The notes under the pieces: model-generated
Told to the model about the DNA's origin: nothing
The model's database searches: none
Seen by the model: only the letters and a program-made list of their open reading frames with translations
Shown here: positions 10,073-18,897 of the stretch, piece by piece
Position numbering within the stretch: the stretch's first letter is position 1
Layout: each line of letters starts with the position of its first letter
NCBI GenBank assembly: GCA_045614665.1
Contig: JAZLDI010000008.1
Span: 1,084 to 65,083 of the forward strand
Source of the DNA: Candidatus Enterousia sp.
GTDB taxonomy: Bacteria > Pseudomonadota > Alphaproteobacteria > Rs-D84
Length of the DNA: 64,000 nucleotides
Direction of reading: 5' to 3'
Translations under genes and position numbers: made by a program

Positions 10073-11221
10073 ATGCGCATTTGTTTTTTTATCTTCTGTA
10101 TTTTTATAATATTATCGCGCCACGTATACGCATCAAACAACATTGCCACCCTTTCCGACACGGTTCGCAAAAACCCATCCAATGTGGATGCACGATATGA
10201 ATTAGCAAAACTATATTTTGATACACACCAATATTCCGCCGCACAATACAATTTTGAATTCGCCACCGCACAATACGACGCACCAGATGATATAAATAAA
10301 TACCTGTCAGACATTCGACGATTTAAAAAAGTGGATACCGAATTTGGTATCGGTGCCATCCCCGACAACAGTATCAATTACACCCCATCAAATCGTCACG
10401 AATGCACACAAACACCAAATGGCCCACTGTGCCAAGAATTGGAATACAATCCATCTGGCTTTGGTCTAAACATAAATGGCGCAGTAAACTATTATGCTAA
10501 TATTTATAAAGACTTTGGATTACGTACAACATTTGGTGGCGCAATTTTAAACACATCAAACGATATCCCGACGGATTATTCCACCCGATTTGCCATCGGC
10601 CCACGATATATATTTTCCCACGGCGATATATTTTTTCAGCCATCTTTTGGTACACGTTTTTATAATAATCATCTTTACAACACAACATACGGTGCGCGCC
10701 TTGGTGGCACATTGCAATTTCCATCCAGATTATTTACCGATTTCGCCCTGGATATTCAAAAGAGCCATTATCACAACGAAACAATAAATGATATTCTGTC
10801 GGGCTTTGATTGGACGTTCTATGTGCACCCAAAATATTATCTGACCAATCACAGTTTTTTTTCATTTACCGCCGCCATATCACACAATGACACGGCCATT
10901 TCTGCGCTGGGGTCCGACACAGGACGCATTGCCATTGGATATTTTTATAAAATTCCATACGGATTTAATTTTTATATAAACGCAATGTACACACATAATG
11001 CATACCATACATCTGGCACATTTATCATAGACAACACATTTCATCATGCAACCAGACGTGACAACATATACCAAATATACACCAGAATTTATAACAGCTA
11101 TATAAACCTGTATAACTTTATCCCCGCAATCAGTTATACATACACCATTCAAAAATCAAACATCCCAACATACAACCACCACACACACCAGGCAAGTCTT
11201 GAAATCGTCCGGATGTTTTAA
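10073..11221 (+). CDS. outer-membrane beta-barrel with N-terminal TPR (DUF560 / Slam-like)
   Basis: It has a signal peptide and a TPR-like segment (DARYELAKLYFDTHQY). A Tyr/Asn-rich beta-barrel follows. The C-terminus carries R-R-D...P-x-x-S-Y...SN.. and a terminal F. Confidence 0.5.
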   Translation: MRICFFIFCIFIILSRHVYASNNIATLSDTVRKNPSNVDARYELAKLYFDTHQYSAAQYNFEFATAQYDAPDDINKYLSDIRRFKKVDTEFGIGAIPDNSINYTPSNRHECTQTPNGPLCQELEYNPSGFGLNINGAVNYYANIYKDFGLRTTFGGAILNTSNDIPTDYSTRFAIGPRYIFSHGDIFFQPSFGTRFYNNHLYNTTYGARLGGTLQFPSRLFTDFALDIQKSHYHNETINDILSGFDWTFYVHPKYYLTNHSFFSFTAAISHNDTAISALGSDTGRIAIGYFYKIPYGFNFYINAMYTHNAYHTSGTFIIDNTFHHATRRDNIYQIYTRIYNSYINLYNFIPAISYTYTIQKSNIPTYNHHTHQASLEIVRMF

Positions 11222-11247
11222 AAAACACCCCGAATGGGGTGTTTTTA
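11221..11247. terminator. bidirectional terminator
   Basis: The sequence is AAAAACACCCC-GAAT-GGGGTGTTTTT, flanked by the OMP gene (+) and the tRNA pair (-). Confidence 0.8.
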
Positions 11248-11251
11248 TTTC

Positions 11252-11338
11252 TGGTGGGAGTGGCTGGATTCGAACCAGCTCAGGCTTAAGCCAACAGATT
11301 TACAGTCTGCCCCGGCTCTCCAACTCCGGCGCACGCCC
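11252..11338 (-). tRNA. tRNA-Tyr (anticodon GTA), class II with long variable arm
   Basis: The reverse complement folds as a cloverleaf with anticodon loop CTGTAAA. The T-arm is GCTGG-TTCGAAT-CCAGC and CCA is encoded. There is one C4:U69 mismatch in the acceptor stem. Confidence 0.9.
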
Positions 11339-11345
11339 AATCCCT

Positions 11346-11420
11346 TGGTGCGGGCAGCGGGAATCGAACCCGCATTTCAAGCTTGGAAGGCTTGCATACT
11401 AGCCTTTGTACTATGCCCGC
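11346..11420 (-). tRNA. tRNA-Gly (anticodon TCC)
   Basis: The acceptor stem is GCGGGCA/TGCCCGC and the anticodon loop is CTTCCAA. The T-arm is GCGGG-TTCGATT-CCCGC and CCA is encoded. Confidence 0.93.
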
Positions 11421-11476
11421 AACAAATTCAAAGCTCATTGATTATATATTATCTAGACATAAAATCAAGTATTTAT

Positions 11477-13252
11477 TTATTCGTGTTTTAACAAACTTTG
11501 TACCGCCAATGGAAAATCGGAACTGTTCGCTAAATAAGAACCACTGACTAATAAATCCGCCCCTGCCCCCCAGCACATTTGTGCCGTCTTGTCATTTATT
11601 CCACCATCAACCGATATCAAGAATTTTAATCCATACTTTTTACGTGTCGCTGCCAACACCGAAATCTTGTGTAAACAATCTGGTCTAAAATCTTGGCCCG
11701 CCGCGCCCGGCACAACCGTCATAACCATCACTTCATCCAAATCACGCAAAACATCTTTTAAAATCGTCACCGACGAATCTGGATGCAACGCAATCCCCAC
11801 GCGTTTTCCGGCATTTTTCACCACACGCACCGCATTACGCACCCCTGATGTATTTGTTGATAAAATCACCGTATCTGCCCCGGCTTTGATTGCATCAGAT
11901 GCCCACACAGCGGGACTTTCCGTCATCAAGTGCACATGCAAATGCGCATCCGTATGTGTTCTGATAAATTTAATAAAATCAATACTGCCCGCGACCCTAT
12001 CAACATAGAACCCGTCCATAATATCAACGTGAATCATTGATATTCCACCCGCTTTGAACAAAGAATAAGTCTCTGGTCGCTTCATATTAAAGCACATAGA
12101 ACTTGGCAAAATTGGGATAAATTTCGGTTTTGCGGTCTTCTTCTGACGTTTAAATATAGCACCGACACGCGCCATAACCGAATTTATTTTTGCATGGCGT
12201 GCCAAATAGGCACTACGCTTGGCTGCAAACATATTCCAAACATATTGCGACAACGCACGAACAGTTGCATCGCCCCCCATAACCTCGGTTGGGACGGCAA
12301 ATGTATTTTCAATTAAATCACGCACACCGCCCATTTCGGCCCCACCACCAGTCAAGACAATGCGCCCCGGCCGATATTTTTCAAATGCCCCGTTCCCAGA
12401 ATCACGAATTTTACCAACAACATCCAAAACTACCGGCAACACAATGTCATTTACATCACCACGTGAAAATCCATATGCGGTATCAGCGGGCGTAAACCTA
12501 TCCATTTCCTTTGGTATTAAATCTGCAACCGCTTGTTTAATACGCGTAGCCTCTTCAAAATCTATATTGAACGCACTGGCAATATCGCTGGTTATCTTTG
12601 TGCCACCAACCGGAACTTTGATATGCCATACCGGCCCCCGATCCGTCCAAATCGACGCAGATGTAAATTCCGCCCCAAAATCTATGAACATAGTATTTTG
12701 TTTTGGCTTTCTAAAAGCGGCATTTTGCACAAATTGTGGGTCAAAAAACGCGCGCGGTTCAATATACGCGTGATGCATTAACGAATGCAGATTATCCAGT
12801 CTGTCTAATCTATAAAATATTGCCCCAAACAAAGCTACAAGTTGTCGGTCAACACTGCCCACTGGATTCAACATATCACGTGCCCCGGGCCGACTGTACG
12901 CCAATGGCACTATATGAATTGGATGAAAATCATTCGGTGGCAAAATTTGCGATACAAGGTTACGTACATCTGATTGATTGATTTTATGTTCCCCTGACCA
13001 AGTTGTACTCTTAACTGTCGCCTGATAAATCGATGGACCAAAATTTCCAGTAATATATGCCGAATCCAGATTTCTGCCAATTTGCTTTTCCAGTGCCGAT
13101 ACAACCGATTTTATGGCAAAAATAGTATCAAAACTGTCCACAGAAAAAACAGCAGACTTAGCAATATTTCCAGATTTAATATGATGCGCAATACCACGAA
13201 CGCCCGCCGTGCCAATATCCAGACACAAAAAACAAGAATCCATCATATTCAT
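11477..13252 (-). CDS. ftsA: FtsA-like cell division protein fused to a ribulose-phosphate 3-epimerase (Rpe) domain
   Basis: A single 591-aa ORF. Residues 1-~370 carry FtsA actin-fold motifs (LDIGTAGVRG, FIDFGAEFT, VPVGGTKITSDIA, IVLTGGGAEM). Residues ~377-591 carry Rpe motifs (HVDIMDG, HVHLM, MTVVPGAAGQDF, VDGG, GADLLVSGS). Confidence 0.8.
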   Translation of the reverse strand: MNMMDSCFLCLDIGTAGVRGIAHHIKSGNIAKSAVFSVDSFDTIFAIKSVVSALEKQIGRNLDSAYITGNFGPSIYQATVKSTTWSGEHKINQSDVRNLVSQILPPNDFHPIHIVPLAYSRPGARDMLNPVGSVDRQLVALFGAIFYRLDRLDNLHSLMHHAYIEPRAFFDPQFVQNAAFRKPKQNTMFIDFGAEFTSASIWTDRGPVWHIKVPVGGTKITSDIASAFNIDFEEATRIKQAVADLIPKEMDRFTPADTAYGFSRGDVNDIVLPVVLDVVGKIRDSGNGAFEKYRPGRIVLTGGGAEMGGVRDLIENTFAVPTEVMGGDATVRALSQYVWNMFAAKRSAYLARHAKINSVMARVGAIFKRQKKTAKPKFIPILPSSMCFNMKRPETYSLFKAGGISMIHVDIMDGFYVDRVAGSIDFIKFIRTHTDAHLHVHLMTESPAVWASDAIKAGADTVILSTNTSGVRNAVRVVKNAGKRVGIALHPDSSVTILKDVLRDLDEVMVMTVVPGAAGQDFRPDCLHKISVLAATRKKYGLKFLISVDGGINDKTAQMCWGAGADLLVSGSYLANSSDFPLAVQSLLKHE

Positions 13253-13264
13253 TGTTCATATCGC

Positions 13265-13990
13265 CTATTTAACCAATATACGTGCATCGTCACGCATATC
13301 AATAACCTGAATTTTTTTGCCCAGAATCCCATGATTTTGATTCAGGGATATAAGTGTACTTATTGCCTGAACCGGGTTGTTTTCTGGCAACATAACGGTA
13401 ATTCCACCCATCGTAACCAAGTTCCAGCGTCTGTTTTCAATCCATTCTAAATATGCCACGTCTGCCACCATATTGCGCGCGGCCACCGTTATATCTGAAA
13501 TATCATCTGGCAACGTACCAATAAACACCACCGCGCCCAAATCGCGCACATCGCTTGGACTATTTACAACCGTACCATCAGCCGATAGTGGAAAATAACT
13601 TGCCCCATCGGACCACTGGGCCACCGCACGATACATATCTGCACGTACCGCCAAATTTCCATTTGGCAAACGCCGCACCGCCGATTTTTTAACCCCCGGC
13701 ACCGCCCCAATTCGCGCATTCAGCGCATCCAAGTCCACATTATAAGAATTTCGCACCAATCCACCCGCGGCCGCACGCATTGCATCCATATCCGCATCAC
13801 GAGAATCCGTAACAATAGAAATACTATGTATCTGGGCCAGTTTTCCACGTCCCATTCCAACCATAATAATTCGTGTCGCAAAATATATCGCCATAAATAT
13901 GGCAACCACAAAACATACCCAAAACCAGATTGAACGTTTCATAACTGACATTATATCATAAAAAACAAGAGACATAAAATTTAATTTCAT
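13265..13990 (-). CDS. ftsQ: cell division protein FtsQ
   Basis: It has a single TM helix followed by a POTRA-like region and lies upstream of ftsA. The start is chosen at the ATG behind RBS AAGGGA. The ORF is open up to 14050. Confidence 0.75.
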   Translation of the reverse strand: MKLNFMSLVFYDIMSVMKRSIWFWVCFVVAIFMAIYFATRIIMVGMGRGKLAQIHSISIVTDSRDADMDAMRAAAGGLVRNSYNVDLDALNARIGAVPGVKKSAVRRLPNGNLAVRADMYRAVAQWSDGASYFPLSADGTVVNSPSDVRDLGAVVFIGTLPDDISDITVAARNMVADVAYLEWIENRRWNLVTMGGITVMLPENNPVQAISTLISLNQNHGILGKKIQVIDMRDDARILVK

Positions 13991-14010
13991 GTCCCTTGCC
14001 TCATCTCTTA

Positions 14011-14400
14011 CTACATTGCGCGCAACAAATATCCACGCCGGAACATACACCGCCTGTACGCCCCAACCGTCTTAGACGATTGATTTCTTGGCACAGACAA
14101 CAATGCACGCTGACCAACGTCTTTGTATTCATTTGATTGAAATGTTACCCATAACCCATCCCAATCTGGCATCAACGAGCTTTGATTTGGTGATAATAAC
14201 TTTGCAATACGTGACCGCGGCAGATAAGACGGTTCATTTATCCCCAGGCACGACCGATGATCGCGTACAAACTGTTCCATTGTTACCGCTTCATTTTCCC
14301 AGTTAAGAATTGTTGCATCATCAATACTGCCCCGGTTTGGTGATGCACACCCCCCCAGCGCAAAAACAGTCAACAAAACCCCCAGGAATTTTATTCTCAT
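14011..14400 (-). CDS. hypothetical lipoprotein
   Basis: 129 aa with a signal peptide carrying lipobox ALGGC. Confidence 0.5.
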   Translation of the reverse strand: MRIKFLGVLLTVFALGGCASPNRGSIDDATILNWENEAVTMEQFVRDHRSCLGINEPSYLPRSRIAKLLSPNQSSLMPDWDGLWVTFQSNEYKDVGQRALLSVPRNQSSKTVGAYRRCMFRRGYLLRAM

Positions 14401-14475
14401 ATTTGTATTATAATTTATTTGCGTTTATGGGGCAATAGTTTTTATAATACCATAAAAGGACAAAGGAATTTATAT

Positions 14476-14799
14476 ATGGCATTGACCGTTCAGAACTTTA
14501 TTAAGTTTGCAAACTATTATAACCAGACCGCAATGCTTATGTCGGCTATCTGCGTGCAAAAAGGTGGCATCGCAATAGAAAACTATGTTGGTCGCTTTTA
14601 CGCGGCAGACGTACTGGAATTTATAGTTGAATATGGTCGCCGCCTCATTAAAAGTAATCCAAACATATCGCCTGAAATCGTATCATTGGTTGAACGTTTC
14701 AGTGCCCAATTTGAACAGGTTCGCGATTTAGCAACGCCAACCCAGAAACCAATTCACGAAATGACATTGGCAGAGTTTGAAAAACTTATGAACATCTAA
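14476..14799 (+). CDS. hypothetical protein, operonic with the pilN-like gene
   Basis: The ATG follows RBS AAAGGA. The product is 107 aa with no signal peptide. Its stop lies about 20 nt upstream of the next gene's ATG (14819). Confidence 0.4.
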   Translation: MALTVQNFIKFANYYNQTAMLMSAICVQKGGIAIENYVGRFYAADVLEFIVEYGRRLIKSNPNISPEIVSLVERFSAQFEQVRDLATPTQKPIHEMTLAEFEKLMNI

Positions 14800-14818
14800 T
14801 GTGGGAAAAGGGGACATT

Positions 14819-16168
14819 ATGAAAATCATTAACAAATATTTAACATATTTTTCAATTGCAATATCTGGGCTGATATTGATATCTGGGTGCACTAAACAGA
14901 ATCAACACGCCCTTCAACACCCACAATATGATAATATAACTGTTGTTGATACGTTGGTTATTGATGAAAACTCGGTTCCAATTTTCCCGAAAAAAGCGGC
15001 ACTGACCACCGACACTGCGCGACGTTTTTCAATTGATTTACCAAAACGGTGCAATGTCGACTGGAACAATCAAAATATCGTTTCCATTGTCCCAGAAGAA
15101 AAGATTGAAATCGTACGCCTGGAAACGGGTGATCCCCTGCCCGATTTACAGGTATCTGATTATGAATTTAAAAAACTAACCGTAAAACAAGCCTTGGACA
15201 AATTGCTGGACGGCACAGACATTTCTGTTGTCGAAGATGGTGAAATGATTGAACATATCACCGGCACAATTTCATCGGGCGCATTATCAGATGCGGTTGA
15301 ATTAATGGCAAAAATGGGTCACGCATATTATTCGTACGATGAAACCGTTGGTGAAATTCACCTGACTCATCGTGGAAAATGGCTGGTCAAAATGCCAAAA
15401 AACGAAAGCATAATTATGGCATTACTAGATGCGATGCACGGTGCAGATATGCGTAACCTACTGGTCAACTGGGACGATAAAACTGTAACATTTGAAGGCA
15501 ATTATCAGACCGAGCGCGAAGTTGCAAAGATTATATCCGACATAGCGTCTAAAAAATATATGATTGGTTGGGATATTGATGTGTATCGTGTTTATCCCCG
15601 CACAGACAACCCAATAATCTGGATGAATATGTTACCGGCATTTGGCGACAAGAATATCAAAATGTCCATTCCGGGCGTTGTTGGACGTACGCTTGTCACC
15701 AGTTCCGAAATTAACACAAAAACTCTGCAAGAATTCTTGTCGCAACAGGCAAACGTTGTTTTGATATCCCAGGGTCAATTTGTAATCCCGAACGGTTGGC
15801 AATCACGCTTTGATATTGGTCAGTGCAGCAAAGAAGAACGCCTTGAAACAGACCTGATAATTGGCGCAACGGCAACATATGGTGATTATGCGGGACGTGA
15901 CAAAATCGATGCTAAAATTGTTCTGCGTACCAGCAATGGTGAATTATCATCGTTCTCCATTCCATCCAGTGTTGGTGATAACTATGTAATTGTCGGTATT
16001 CCAACGCACTCATTTGTTACAACACCAGAAACTTTAATAAGTCCTTTTGCAGAATTGGTTGTATTTATGTCGCCACGCCTGATTTCAATCGTAGATCCGG
16101 CGACAATCCCAGACAATGCATTAACCCCATTGGCGGGTGATGCATTGCGTGCATTTCTAAGTGAATAA
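14819..16168 (+). CDS. lipoprotein, possible PilN/BfpB/TcpC-type (type IVb pilus) secretin-like outer membrane protein
   Basis: Lipobox LISGC is present. The C-terminal ...VGDNYVIVGIP.....ELVVFMSPRLI resembles the end of secretin domains, though the similarity is weak. It would complement the pilOPQR-like block at 34.8-39.5 kb. Confidence 0.4.
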   Translation: MKIINKYLTYFSIAISGLILISGCTKQNQHALQHPQYDNITVVDTLVIDENSVPIFPKKAALTTDTARRFSIDLPKRCNVDWNNQNIVSIVPEEKIEIVRLETGDPLPDLQVSDYEFKKLTVKQALDKLLDGTDISVVEDGEMIEHITGTISSGALSDAVELMAKMGHAYYSYDETVGEIHLTHRGKWLVKMPKNESIIMALLDAMHGADMRNLLVNWDDKTVTFEGNYQTEREVAKIISDIASKKYMIGWDIDVYRVYPRTDNPIIWMNMLPAFGDKNIKMSIPGVVGRTLVTSSEINTKTLQEFLSQQANVVLISQGQFVIPNGWQSRFDIGQCSKEERLETDLIIGATATYGDYAGRDKIDAKIVLRTSNGELSSFSIPSSVGDNYVIVGIPTHSFVTTPETLISPFAELVVFMSPRLISIVDPATIPDNALTPLAGDALRAFLSE

Positions 16169-16183
16169 AGGAATTAAACAAAA

Positions 16184-17437
16184 ATGTTTTCAAAACTGGA
16201 ACGAAAAATAGCATTCAGATATCTTGGCGCAAAACGTCGTGGTTTTGGTTCAGTGATTTCATGGGTGTCGCTTATCGGAATTATGTTAGGTGTCGCAACA
16301 TTGATTGTTGTGATGTCTGTTATGGGGGGATTTCACGACACGCTGCTGGGGCGCATTATCGGAATGAATGGTCATGTTGTTGTTTATCACCAAGATGGCG
16401 CAATATCAGATTTTGATTTCCTGATTGATAAAATGAACCAGAACAAGGTTGTTTCAACCCATGCCACCGCTATCGTCCCCATTGCCGAGGGTCAGGTTAT
16501 GGCAACCGCCAACGGCAACAATACCGGTGCAATGATACGTGGCATCCGTATGTCGGATTTACAGAAAAAAACGAATTCCGGAACACGAATTTACGGCAAA
16601 CCATTGGATGGAATCAAAGATGGTGAATTGGTGGCGGGTGCATCACTGACACGGGCCCTGCATGTGACAATGGGCGACAACATCTCATTGGTATCGGCGA
16701 ACGCTGCAACCCCAACACCATTTGGTTCTATGCCACGCATTATGTCATATCCGGTAATGTCATCTTTCTTTATGGGAATGTATGAATATGATTCCGGATA
16801 TATTTTTATGCCATTGGAAACGGCGCAAAAATATTTAAACATTGGTAACGCGGTCACACATATTGACCTATTCCTTGAAAATCCCGAAGACACCACCGCC
16901 GTTCAAAAATCATTATTGGAATTATTACCCGACGGCTTTGTTGTACGTGATTGGCGTGAATTAAACCGCGGGTTTGTTGGCGCATTACAAGTTGAATCGA
17001 ATGTAATGTTCTTGATATTAATGCTGATTGTAATTGTGGCGGCGTTTAACATAATCTCGTCCCTGGTTATGTTGGTCAAAGACAAAAACAAAGATATTGC
17101 GGTCTTGCGTACATTTGGTGTTTCACGCAAATCAATGATGCGTATATTTATCTTGTGCGGTTCGTCGATTGGCGTAATTGGAACATTCTTTGGTACAATA
17201 TTTGGCACATTGATTGCGATTTATATTGAACCAATCAGACAATTTGTTCAGATGTTAACCGGACGTGATTTATTTCCGGCGGAATTATATTACCTGTCTG
17301 AATTACCATCCAAACTAGAATTATCAAGTGTTGTTGGCATTGCAGTATTGGCGATTGCATTGTCTTTCTTGGCGACATTGTATCCGGCTTGGAAAGCCGC
17401 CAACACCGACCCCGTAGAGGTATTAAGAAATGAATAA
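16184..17437 (+). CDS. lipoprotein-releasing ABC transporter permease (LolC/LolE family)
   Basis: 417 aa. It has MacB-like 4-TM FtsX topology with a large periplasmic loop. The N-terminus FRYLGAKRR is typical of LolC/E. Confidence 0.88.
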   Translation: MFSKLERKIAFRYLGAKRRGFGSVISWVSLIGIMLGVATLIVVMSVMGGFHDTLLGRIIGMNGHVVVYHQDGAISDFDFLIDKMNQNKVVSTHATAIVPIAEGQVMATANGNNTGAMIRGIRMSDLQKKTNSGTRIYGKPLDGIKDGELVAGASLTRALHVTMGDNISLVSANAATPTPFGSMPRIMSYPVMSSFFMGMYEYDSGYIFMPLETAQKYLNIGNAVTHIDLFLENPEDTTAVQKSLLELLPDGFVVRDWRELNRGFVGALQVESNVMFLILMLIVIVAAFNIISSLVMLVKDKNKDIAVLRTFGVSRKSMMRIFILCGSSIGVIGTFFGTIFGTLIAIYIEPIRQFVQMLTGRDLFPAELYYLSELPSKLELSSVVGIAVLAIALSFLATLYPAWKAANTDPVEVLRNE

Positions 17438-18155
17438 AAAAGAAACAGAATTATTGTTTAAAAAAATTATACTTGAACTTTTCAACCTAACTTGGGGCAA
17501 CGATACTTTATCGGCAAAAAAAGCCGAAGAACGTTATAAATCCTATGGTGTCACACCACCACATAAAATATATTACGAATATAAATTTCCAGACGGTCTA
17601 TCTAATTATACATTGTTAATGAATTATAGCTATATGTATGACTACCAAGATTTTGAACGTGGTGATATTGTATCACGACTCAAACATATAGATAAAATAC
17701 ATCCAGATCAACGCAAAAAACTGACACAATATACCCCCGAACAATTACAAGACATAGAAGATTATATCTTGGAACACAAACAAGAGTGGGCAAAAAAAAT
17801 ACAGTACTATTCTGATGAAATACGAAAATTAAACCCAGAACTGGCACACATCAATGTCACCCAAGAAAAATTGGACGATATTTCAAAAAACAACAAATGG
17901 CTATCCCCAACAAAATATAAAAAAATGGCCGAAAAAAATTTCATACACGGTGTTGTTTTTGGTTTTTCGCCCGCCGACATTAATTATTTTATGAACAGAA
18001 CCGAAGCGCAATGCATACTAGACCAAGACGATGAACGATTAAACTTTATCCGCATTGGCCATATTATTGCACCACAACACCGCGATGACTTTGTACGCAC
18101 GGAACAACAAATTCAACAAATTGAAAACGCACGCAAAAACAACGGACACGAATAA
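17430..18155 (+). CDS. hypothetical cytoplasmic protein embedded between lolC/E and lolD
   Basis: 241 aa, rich in K, Y, N and E. Its start overlaps the lolC/E stop by 8 nt, and its TAA stop directly abuts the lolD ATG. Confidence 0.5.
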   Translation: MNKKETELLFKKIILELFNLTWGNDTLSAKKAEERYKSYGVTPPHKIYYEYKFPDGLSNYTLLMNYSYMYDYQDFERGDIVSRLKHIDKIHPDQRKKLTQYTPEQLQDIEDYILEHKQEWAKKIQYYSDEIRKLNPELAHINVTQEKLDDISKNNKWLSPTKYKKMAEKNFIHGVVFGFSPADINYFMNRTEAQCILDQDDERLNFIRIGHIIAPQHRDDFVRTEQQIQQIENARKNNGHE

Positions 18156-18866
18156 ATGACCAGTATATTAAATTCTTTATCAAAAATTCAAACAGGCGAC
18201 ATTGTTATGTCGGTGCGAGATATAAAAAAAACATTCATAGAGGGTGGACAACCCCTGCACATTTTACGTGGCGGCGGGTTTGACCTGCATCGCGGTGAAA
18301 TCATCGCATTGGTTGGTACATCTGGTTCTGGCAAATCTACATTACTGCAATGCGTGGGTCTGTTGGACAAACCTACATCCGGCAGTATTATGATAAATGG
18401 CGCATCGGTCCAGAAAATGGACGAAGATATGCGCACACAAATCCGTCGTAAAAAAATCGGCTTTGTATACCAGAAACACAATCTGTTATCTGATTTTACA
18501 GCACTTGAAAATGTGATGTTACCAATGCTGGCAAACGACATGTCCGAAATTGACGCACGTGCGCGCGCGTTGAAATTATTACGTGCGGCAAATGTTGCAC
18601 ATCGTGCAAATCACCTGCCTGGGCAAATGTCTGGCGGCGAACAACAACGCACCGCCGTTGCACGCGCATTGGCAAATAATCCTGATATCTTGCTTGCAGA
18701 CGAACCCACCGGAAATCTAGACCCAAATCATGCAATGACTGTATTTGATTTATTACTAGATTTGGTTCGCAAAAACAAAATGGCTATGTTATTTGTGACC
18801 CACGACATGACACTGGCCCAGCGCGCAGATAAAATTATTACAATTCGTGATGGAATTGTGGCATAA
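18156..18866 (+). CDS. lolD: lipoprotein-releasing ABC transporter ATP-binding protein LolD
   Basis: It has Walker A GTSGSGKST, the signature LSGGEQQR-like MSGGEQQR, and Walker B ILLADEPTGNLD. Confidence 0.92.
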   Translation: MTSILNSLSKIQTGDIVMSVRDIKKTFIEGGQPLHILRGGGFDLHRGEIIALVGTSGSGKSTLLQCVGLLDKPTSGSIMINGASVQKMDEDMRTQIRRKKIGFVYQKHNLLSDFTALENVMLPMLANDMSEIDARARALKLLRAANVAHRANHLPGQMSGGEQQRTAVARALANNPDILLADEPTGNLDPNHAMTVFDLLLDLVRKNKMAMLFVTHDMTLAQRADKIITIRDGIVA

Positions 18867-18897
18867 TACATACAACAAATAAAAAACGGAGAGAGTA

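Noticed and set aside
11199-11491. ORFs of 67 and 85 aa over 11199-11491, and the 116-aa and 72-aa ORFs over 26715-27065.
   Set aside because: They are read through the tRNA-Tyr, tRNA-Gly and tRNA(CAT) genes and their terminators. They have no RBS and no coding-like composition.
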